Assembly (NCBI GenBank): GCA_905480405.1
Contig: CAJQQH010000001.1
Location: forward strand, 2,088 to 66,087
DNA from: an uncultured Polaribacter sp.
GTDB taxonomy: Bacteria; Bacteroidota; Bacteroidia; Flavobacteriales; Flavobacteriaceae
Direction: 5' to 3'
Length of the DNA stretch: 64,000 nt
The notes below the pieces were generated by a model, which was not told where the DNA came from, searched no databases, and saw only the letters and a program-made list of their open reading frames with translations. The position numbers and the translations under genes were made by a program. Positions 57,547 through 64,000 of this stretch are shown one piece after another (position 1 is the stretch's first letter; every line of letters begins with the position of its first letter).

Positions 57547-58629
57547 ATGAAGATAGAGAGAAGATACGATATTGATTGGTTAAGAGTTATTGCAATTGGT
57601 TTATTATTAATATACCATATAGCAATCGTTTTTCAACCCTGGGCTTTATTTATTGGTTTTATTAAAAGCAATGAATCGCTCGAAGCTTTATGGAAACCAA
57701 TGACAATGTTAAATGTATGGCGAATTCCATTACTTTTTTATGTATCTGGTATGGGACTTTTTTTTGCAATGCGTAAAAGAAACTGGAAACAATTACTTTT
57801 AGAAAGAACAAAACGAATTTTGTTGCCTTTTCTTTTTGGTATTGTTGCTATAACTCCTATACATATGTATATTTTTCAAATACACTATAGTTTTCCTTTT
57901 GATTACGTACCTCACCAAGGGCATTTATGGTTCTTAAGAAATATTTTTATCTACGTTTTATTATTTACTCCTCTTTTTTATTTTTTAAAAAAACATGAAA
58001 ATGGTAAAGTAAAAAAAGTAATATCAAGTATAATGAGTCATCCATTAGTTCCAATAATAATCTCAATCTTTTTTGTTATTGAAGTACTTATAGTAAAACC
58101 ACAAATGTTTGCTTTATACGCACTTACTTGGCATGGTTTCTTTAATGGCTTACTAGCATTCTTATTTGGCTTTTTACTAATGTATAGTGGAGATAAATTT
58201 TGGCAAACTGTTAATAAATGGAAGTGGATCTATTTAAGTTTAGCTACGGTACTTTTTGCTATTAGATATACACAATTTAATACGGAATCTCCAGGATATC
58301 TTATGGCAATTGAATCTAATCTATGGATTTTTGGCGTTTTTGGTTTAGGATTTAAATACTTAAATCGACCAAGTAAAACTTTAAGCTACTTAAGTCAAGC
58401 TGCATATCCTGTTTACATCATTCATATGTTTGTTTTATATGCAGGTACATTATTAATACTACCCTTAGAGATTTCAATCATTTTAAAATTTATATGTATT
58501 GTAATGTTTACAATTATTGGCTGCTATTTTATATATGAAGTTATTATTAGAAGAATTAACTTTTTAAGACCTCTATTTGGTTTAAAACCAAAATTGAATA
58601 ATAAAACAATAAATTCTATCAAAAAATGA
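57547..58629 (+). CDS. Acyltransferase family 3 integral membrane protein
   Basis: N-terminal RYDIDWLRVIAIGLLLIYH and about 10 TM segments. 24 nt downstream of the ankyrin gene. Confidence 0.8.
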   Translation: MKIERRYDIDWLRVIAIGLLLIYHIAIVFQPWALFIGFIKSNESLEALWKPMTMLNVWRIPLLFYVSGMGLFFAMRKRNWKQLLLERTKRILLPFLFGIVAITPIHMYIFQIHYSFPFDYVPHQGHLWFLRNIFIYVLLFTPLFYFLKKHENGKVKKVISSIMSHPLVPIIISIFFVIEVLIVKPQMFALYALTWHGFFNGLLAFLFGFLLMYSGDKFWQTVNKWKWIYLSLATVLFAIRYTQFNTESPGYLMAIESNLWIFGVFGLGFKYLNRPSKTLSYLSQAAYPVYIIHMFVLYAGTLLILPLEISIILKFICIVMFTIIGCYFIYEVIIRRINFLRPLFGLKPKLNNKTINSIKK

Positions 58630-58859
58630 AAATTTTAAATTTACACTTTACGAAATTACTGTTTTATTTAAGCGTTTCTATAACCATTCAAATTTGCAAT
58701 GAAATTGAAGAAAAGTCAACAAAAGAAACAACTTTAATTGATAAAACTGAATTTAATACTCAAGATAAAAATGATTCTTTTTTTACTGTTAAAAATCAAC
58801 CTGTATCAACCGTAGATAATTATATTTTTTTAGGTTTAGTAGAAGGCTTATTTTATTAA
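58626..58859 (+). CDS. Small hypothetical (possible lipo)protein
   Basis: ATGA overlap with the acyltransferase stop. Hydrophobic N-terminus with Cys (TIQIC). No homology recognisable. Confidence 0.35.
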   Translation: MKILNLHFTKLLFYLSVSITIQICNEIEEKSTKETTLIDKTEFNTQDKNDSFFTVKNQPVSTVDNYIFLGLVEGLFY

Positions 58860-59273
58860 TTCAAACCTTATTCAATGATTAAAATATTTGAAAAAAGGAA
58901 TACAAAAATCCAAAATTATCAGATTTTTTTTTGTTCTTATAGGCTCTAAACATTTTTTTACAATAATGACAACCCATTAAACATATGAAAATCAACCTAT
59001 TAGAAATATTTAAAACTCAAGATCATCAAGCAATAGCTGCTTTTTATGATTTTTTTTTAATGGCAAACGTTAGATTTAAAAATATGGTTAAATCATTAGA
59101 AAATTATACTAAATATGTTTATTTTGAAAACATGTTTTATCAAGAATGGTAACTATAAAACAAAATTATGTAGCTTATGGGAATTCAATAAATTCCTTAA
59201 AAAAGTATTAGCAAAAATAGATTAATAACTAATTATCAACTAAAATAATATCATTTTGAAAAAAAATAAAACC

Positions 59274-60293
59274 ATGTTAAATATATTTAGAATTATACTA
59301 CTTCTTGGAACCGTTTTTTCACTAACCAAAGTACCTTGGCCAATAGTTAAAGCTTGGATAAAACCTTTACCAAAAACAGTACAAGAGCAGGTAAATGATG
59401 CCATCGATTATGGTTTTGATGGGATGATAGTTTATGTAGATAAAAATGGGAAACCTCCTGCTTTTTATACTGCAGGTTATAAAGATCGAGACAAAAAAAT
59501 ACCTGCAGATCCAAAATCATTATTCAAAATTGCAAGTATTAGTAAATTATATGTTGCGGTTTCTATAGCAAAATTATCTAATAACAAACGTTTATCATTA
59601 GAAAGTACATTAGCAGATTACTTTCCAGAATTGGTTGGCAGAATTGAGAATGCAGAAAAGATTACATTAAAACTGATGGTGCAACATCGAAGCGGTATTC
59701 CTAACTATACTAATAACCCAGCCTTTTGGGAAAATGAGCAAGAAAATAGTAAAAAAGCACTCGATTTTGCTTTAGATCTTCCTGCAAGTTTTAAGCCAGA
59801 CAAAAAATATGAATATTCAAACACAAACTATTTGTTGCTTAGAAGAATTTTAGATAAAGTATTAGGGTACAATCATCATTTATATATAAAGGAAGAAATA
59901 TTAAAACCATTAAACCTTAAGAATACTTTTTTTTCACTTAAAGAAGTTAATTTAGAAGATGTGATGAGTGGTTACTATGTTGGTGAAAAATCAGATTTTA
60001 AAACAAATAAAAACGGTATGTTGGCTACAGCAGAAGATGTGGGTGTTTTTTTACGTGCATTAAATAATGGTTCTGTATTTAATAAAGGAGAAAAAGAAAT
60101 ATATTCATCTATATATGTATACGACCACGGAGGTTTGGTTCCTGGTTATCAAAGTCTTGCTGAATATCATAAAGATATAGATACAATTGTAATTCAATTT
60201 ATAAATACAACTGATTTTGAAGGATATGAATGGAATTTGTCTGAAATTTCTATAAACAGAATTGTTAAAATACTAAAAAGACAATATAAATAA
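59274..60293 (+). CDS. Serine hydrolase of the beta-lactamase/DD-peptidase (class C-like) family
   Basis: SxxK (ASISKLY) and Y-x-N (YSNTNY). N-terminal hydrophobic anchor. ATG 59274 preferred over TTG 59256. Confidence 0.75.
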   Translation: MLNIFRIILLLGTVFSLTKVPWPIVKAWIKPLPKTVQEQVNDAIDYGFDGMIVYVDKNGKPPAFYTAGYKDRDKKIPADPKSLFKIASISKLYVAVSIAKLSNNKRLSLESTLADYFPELVGRIENAEKITLKLMVQHRSGIPNYTNNPAFWENEQENSKKALDFALDLPASFKPDKKYEYSNTNYLLLRRILDKVLGYNHHLYIKEEILKPLNLKNTFFSLKEVNLEDVMSGYYVGEKSDFKTNKNGMLATAEDVGVFLRALNNGSVFNKGEKEIYSSIYVYDHGGLVPGYQSLAEYHKDIDTIVIQFINTTDFEGYEWNLSEISINRIVKILKRQYK

Positions 60294-60340
60294 TCACTTA
60301 TTTTACAACCTCATAAATATAAATTTAGGAGGTTGTAAAA

Positions 60341-61216
60341 CTATTTTTTTAAGCTTTTATAAATAGCTGTTTTAATTTTTTCTTCATTAATCCAACCATT
60401 AAAAGACTTATAACCTTCCGTAATTGCTTTATTTACTAATACTTCTTGTAAAGTAGCTTTATTATCAATTTCTTTTTGAATATTGCTTTTAATAGCATTT
60501 AACATTTTTAAATAGCTTTTTAAATCTGACCTTTTTGCAACATTACCATGTCCTGGAATAATCTTAGTTTCTTCATTTGATAGTAATATTACTTTTTCAA
60601 TACCATCAATATATCCATTTATAGAACCACCAGACGCTAAATCAATATAAGGAAACTTGCCTTGAAAATAAGTATCTCCCATATGCAAAACATTATTTTT
60701 AGTAAAGTATATTATAGCATCTCCATCGGTATGAGCATTATGAATATGAGTAATAAGAACATCATCATTATTAAAATACATCATCATATCATCCGTAAAT
60801 GTTATAACTGGTAAAGCACTTTCTGGTGATGCTTTTTTGGTTTTACCTCTTACAACTTGATCAACACTCATTCTTTTTCGAACATTATTATGAGCTACAA
60901 TTAATGCACCTTCTTTTTCAATATTTTCATTTCCTCCAGTATGATCTCCATGCCAATGAGTATTTATTAAGTACTTAATGGGTTTACTAGTTATTTTCTT
61001 AATTGCTATTAATATCTTTGGAGTTAATGGAGCAAATTGATCATCAATCATAAAAACACCATCTTGTCCAATAAATAAACCAATATTACCTCCTTTACCT
61101 TTTAACACATATAATTGATCTGTTAATTTTATAGGTTCAATTTTCACCTCTTTTTTTTGACCGTTAGTATTAGTTGATATAAAAAAAAGTAATAATAATA
61201 TTTTTATAGATTTCAT
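60341..61216 (-). CDS. Secreted MBL-fold metallo-hydrolase
   Basis: Signal peptide. HxHxDH motif (THWHGDHTGG). Downstream His/Asp ligand candidates (HIHNAHTDGD, PGHG). Confidence 0.75.
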   Translation of the reverse strand: MKSIKILLLLFFISTNTNGQKKEVKIEPIKLTDQLYVLKGKGGNIGLFIGQDGVFMIDDQFAPLTPKILIAIKKITSKPIKYLINTHWHGDHTGGNENIEKEGALIVAHNNVRKRMSVDQVVRGKTKKASPESALPVITFTDDMMMYFNNDDVLITHIHNAHTDGDAIIYFTKNNVLHMGDTYFQGKFPYIDLASGGSINGYIDGIEKVILLSNEETKIIPGHGNVAKRSDLKSYLKMLNAIKSNIQKEIDNKATLQEVLVNKAITEGYKSFNGWINEEKIKTAIYKSLKK

Positions 61217-61297
61217 TTCTAAATATATTTTTTTGAAAGTTACAACTTATGCTTTGTATATAAAACAGCAAAGTATATTTTTACAAAAAATACCTGT

Positions 61298-61744
61298 ATG
61301 CAAATAAAAATTGAAGTTATAAAAACGAAGGATATACTATCAATTCTTCCTTTACTTTCAAAAATTAATACTAAAACACAACCAGAACTACTAAAAGAAC
61401 GTGTTTTAGAAATGGCAAGTTTACCTCATTATGAATGCGTAGGCTTATTTTTAGATGATAAATTATCCGGAATTTCTGGACTTTGGTATTCAACTAGACA
61501 TTATATTGGTAAAACTGTAGAACCAGATCATGTAATTATAGATGAAACCTTAAGAGGTAAAAAATTAGGCGAACAATTTTTTAAATGGATAGATAAACAT
61601 GTGATTTCTAAAGGTTGTGAAGCAATCGAATTAAATAGCTACGTAAGTAATCCTAAATCACATAAATTCTATTATAATCAAGGATATGAAATTTTTGGAT
61701 TTCACTTTTTAAAAGTATTAAGAAAAGATAAAAATTTTTATTAA
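61298..61744 (+). CDS. GNAT-family N-acetyltransferase
   Basis: 148 aa. LRGKKLGEQFF acetyl-CoA loop (R/Q-x-x-G-x-G/A type). ...YYNQGYE. Confidence 0.7.
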   Translation: MQIKIEVIKTKDILSILPLLSKINTKTQPELLKERVLEMASLPHYECVGLFLDDKLSGISGLWYSTRHYIGKTVEPDHVIIDETLRGKKLGEQFFKWIDKHVISKGCEAIELNSYVSNPKSHKFYYNQGYEIFGFHFLKVLRKDKNFY

Positions 61745-61759
61745 TTTCTTTAAAAAAAA

Positions 61760-61789
61760 TTGCAGATGTTAAAAAACATTGTATATTTG
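61760..61789 (+). promoter_or_regulatory. Promoter of tRNA-Gly
   Basis: TTG (61760-61762), then N19, then TATATTTG (61782-61789). It ends 19 nt upstream of the tRNA. Confidence 0.65.
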
Positions 61790-61807
61790 CAACCGCTTAC
61801 CAATAAC

Positions 61808-61880
61808 GCGAAAGTAGCTCAGTTGGTAGAGCGTCAGCCTTCCAAGCTGAATGTCGCCAGTTCGAACCTGGTCTTTCGCT
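61808..61880 (+). tRNA. tRNA-Gly (anticodon TCC)
   Basis: Acceptor GCGAAAG/CTTTCGC, D-arm GCTC-AGTTGGTA-GAGC, anticodon arm TCAGC-CTTCCAA-GCTGA (same arm as E. coli tRNA-Gly UCC), T-arm GCCAG-TTCGAAC-CTGGT. Confidence 0.88.
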
Positions 61881-61883
61881 CAA

Positions 61884-61915
61884 AAAAGACTTTACTTAAT
61901 TGTAAAGTCTTTTTT
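61884..61915. terminator. Bidirectional intrinsic terminator (tRNA-Gly / rhomboid gene)
   Basis: 12-bp stem AAAAGACTTTAC/GTAAAGTCTTTT, 6-nt loop, A-run on the 5' side and T-run on the 3' side. It lies between two convergent genes. Confidence 0.75.
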
Positions 61916-61918
61916 ATT

Positions 61919-62575
61919 TTATAAACTTTTCAATTTATCACCAAAAAGCAACAATAAAATAATAGGAACAGCCAACATAATTACAAAAATTGTGTTCGTT
62001 GTAAATAAAATAGGGTTCAAAATAAGAGTTAATATAAAACCACCAATTGCACCACCTAAATGAGCTGCATGACCTATATTACCTAATTGTTTTTTCATTC
62101 CGTAAATTGAGTATAATAAATAACCAACTCCAAAAATGTAACCTGGTATAGGTATTGGAATAAAAAACAAATAAAGTTCTAACCCAGGATTTAATAAAAT
62201 AGCAGAATACACAACACCAGAAACTGCTCCAGATGCACCAACAGCACTATAATAGGGTTCATTTTTATGATAATGTAAGGTATACAAACTACCTGCCATT
62301 AAACTTCCAAAATAGACTATCAGAAAAGGAATTGAACCTAAAAGTGTAGATACAAAACCTCCAAACATATACAATGCATACATATTAAAACCAAGATGCA
62401 TCCAATCTACATGTAAAAAACCAGAAGTAAACATTCTAATTTTTTCTTTGCCTAATACTCTACCTACTTGAAATTTGTATTTATCTAAAAAAGAATAATT
62501 ATCAAAACCTTTCATAGAAAATAAAACGTTAGCAATAATTATTAGTAAAATAATGGAATCAACACCTTGTAGCAT
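61919..62575 (-). CDS. Rhomboid-family intramembrane serine protease
   Basis: Six TM segments. GASGAVSG (catalytic Ser) and AHLGGAIGG (catalytic His). Confidence 0.85.
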   Translation of the reverse strand: MLQGVDSIILLIIIANVLFSMKGFDNYSFLDKYKFQVGRVLGKEKIRMFTSGFLHVDWMHLGFNMYALYMFGGFVSTLLGSIPFLIVYFGSLMAGSLYTLHYHKNEPYYSAVGASGAVSGVVYSAILLNPGLELYLFFIPIPIPGYIFGVGYLLYSIYGMKKQLGNIGHAAHLGGAIGGFILTLILNPILFTTNTIFVIMLAVPIILLLLFGDKLKSL

Positions 62576-62657
62576 CCTACAAACATAACAAAATCTCTTT
62601 GTTTTAACTATTTCTAATTAAATATAAATACTGATATTTGCATTAAAAATAGAACCC

Positions 62658-63578
62658 ATGCCGTTTTTAGTTTTTGCACTTACTTACCCTTTTATTTGGC
62701 TTTTTTCTAGATTACCTATGAGAGTCTTATATATGAAATCTGATTTTTTTTTCTTTTTGATATATTACGTTTTTAAATATCGAAAAAAAGTAGTCTTAGA
62801 AAATTTAAAATTAGCATTTCCAGAAAAAACAGATGACGAAAGAATAAAAATAGCTAAAGGCTTTTTTAAGCATTTTACAGATTTATTTATGGAAAGTGTA
62901 AAAGCTTTTTCTATATCTGAAAAAGAAATTTTAAAGCGATATAAATATAAAAACCCTGAGCTTATTAACGACTTAGTTAAACAAGGTAAAAGCATTGCTT
63001 TAGTTGGTGCTCATCAAGCAAATTGGGAATGGTCTATTAGTTTACCATTAGTTTTAGATGGTGCAATTAGTGGTGCATACACAAAAATCGGCAATAAATA
63101 TTTTGACAAAGAAGTTAAAGAGTCTAGAGAAAAATTTGGCGTTATAGGTTATAAAACTTCAGATACTGTAAAAGCAATGCAAAGAAATTTTACAGAAAAA
63201 AAACAAGGTTTATATATTTTACTTAGTGATCAATCTCCTCAATTGCCAAAAACCTTTTATTGGAGTAAATTTTTTGGTATAAAAGTACCTATTCATACAG
63301 GTGCAGAAATGTTGGCAAAAAGATTTGACTTGGTTGTAGTAAATTACATTACAACGAAAACAAGAAGAGGGTATTTTGAAACTGAATTTCAATTAGTAGC
63401 AGAAAACCCTAAAAAATATGATGATTATCAAATAACAGATAAGTATCTACGAATAACAGAAGAAAACATAAAAAAGCAACCCGAACTTTACTTATGGTCT
63501 CATAAAAGATTTAAACATAGAGATAAATTCGAAGAATGGAAAAAATTAAAAGTTTCTAAACCGAAAACCAAGAAGTAA
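62658..63578 (+). CDS. LpxL/HtrB-family lipid A (lysophospholipid) acyltransferase
   Basis: N-terminal membrane anchor. HX4E motif (GAHQANWEW). 306 aa. Confidence 0.7.
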   Translation: MPFLVFALTYPFIWLFSRLPMRVLYMKSDFFFFLIYYVFKYRKKVVLENLKLAFPEKTDDERIKIAKGFFKHFTDLFMESVKAFSISEKEILKRYKYKNPELINDLVKQGKSIALVGAHQANWEWSISLPLVLDGAISGAYTKIGNKYFDKEVKESREKFGVIGYKTSDTVKAMQRNFTEKKQGLYILLSDQSPQLPKTFYWSKFFGIKVPIHTGAEMLAKRFDLVVVNYITTKTRRGYFETEFQLVAENPKKYDDYQITDKYLRITEENIKKQPELYLWSHKRFKHRDKFEEWKKLKVSKPKTKK

Positions 63579-64000
63579 CTAATTCTTTTTCTATTGGTGT
63601 TACAAATTTATGTACATAATCATTCTTTAAAGAATCATATGTATAATCTTTAGACCAATCTTCTATATTATCAGTTAAATCATTTAATGACTTACAAATA
63701 AAATCTAACTCACTATTTGTAATTGTTGGATGTAAAGACAAACGAATCCATCCTGGTTTTTGAGTATTACAACCATGCAAAATTTCATCTTTTATTTTGT
63801 TAGATGTAATTTGATCTACATTTAATAAGAAATGGCCATAAGTACCAGCACAAGAACATCCTCCTCTAGTTTGTATTCCAAAACGGTCGTTTAATAGTTT
63901 TACAACTAGGTTAAAATGGTATTTCTCAAAATAAAATGAAAAAATACTTAATCGTTCTTTATGATTAGGAGCTAATATTCGAACACCATTTAAACTTTCT
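63556..64000 (-). CDS. Class V aminotransferase-fold PLP enzyme (cysteine desulfurase-like); N-terminus beyond the window end
   Basis: The frame stays open upstream of the track's Met to base 64000: ...NDRFGIQTRGGCSCAGTYGHFLLNV...GWIRLSLHP. Confidence 0.6.
   Translation of the reverse strand, partial: ESLNGVRILAPNHKERLSIFSFYFEKYHFNLVVKLLNDRFGIQTRGGCSCAGTYGHFLLNVDQITSNKIKDEILHGCNTQKPGWIRLSLHPTITNSELDFICKSLNDLTDNIEDWSKDYTYDSLKNDYVHKFVTPIEKELVTSWFSV

Noticed and set aside
58985-59152. 55-codon ORF (MKINLLEIFKTQDHQAIAAFYDFFLMANVRFKNMVKSLENYTKYVYFENMFYQEW) in the 414-nt gap before the serine hydrolase gene
   Set aside because: It falls below the ORF track's apparent length cutoff and has no recognisable motif or promoter box. 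It may be real or a gene remnant, but I cannot support it.
48156-61808. Calling the tRNA-bounded region an integrative mobile element
   Set aside because: I saw no integrase, transposase, conjugation or phage genes and no att-like duplication of a tRNA 3' end. I report it only as a possibly variable region.
61808-61880. Reading the anticodon loop as CCA (tRNA-Trp)
   Set aside because: With the 5-bp anticodon stem TCAGC/GCTGA the 7-nt loop is CTTCCAA. That puts TCC at positions 34-36, so the tRNA is Gly. The arm is the same as in known tRNA-Gly(UCC).
61851-62063. 70-aa plus-strand ORF
   Set aside because: It starts inside tRNA-Gly, crosses the bidirectional terminator and overlaps the rhomboid gene in antisense.

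Overview
This window is a low-GC (about 30% by eye) Bacteroidota chromosome segment of Flavobacteriia type. The assignment rests on SusC/SusD, type IX secretion (T9SS) parts and TTG-N19-TAnnTTTG promoters. Bases 1-22.3 kb form one complete minus-strand laminarin-type (beta-1,3/1,6-glucan) polysaccharide utilization locus (PUL). It encodes a membrane-tethered propeller/Y_Y_Y-LuxR sensor-regulator, SusC, SusD, a PKD+CBM-like surface lipoprotein and GH16. A candidate internal terminator follows. Downstream of it lie a clan GH-A (GH158-like) enzyme, a 1151-aa signal-less GH94/GH149-type candidate beta-1,3-glucan phosphorylase, GH3, GH17, GH30 and a partial MFS/GPH importer. Bases 22.5-48 kb are mostly conserved housekeeping genes: a cysteine desulfurase, an Smr protein, RsmD, MoxR, a SurA-like PPIase triad, RecQ, Fmt, HU and YqgE. 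This stretch also holds a 1575-aa T9SS type-B-CTD adhesin with its cognate PorP/SprF and two tandem PPK2 genes. Bases 48-62 kb are an accessory-looking stretch bounded by tRNA-Met(CAT) and tRNA-Gly(TCC). It contains decayed genes (a Fic remnant and a doubly frameshifted gene) and a LytTR two-component module. It also contains an N-terminal-AraC/TM/TPR regulator divergent from an ankyrin-lipoprotein/acyltransferase module, and several hydrolases. I saw no rRNA, CRISPR array, transposase or integrase. All family calls come from motifs read by eye, not from database searches.
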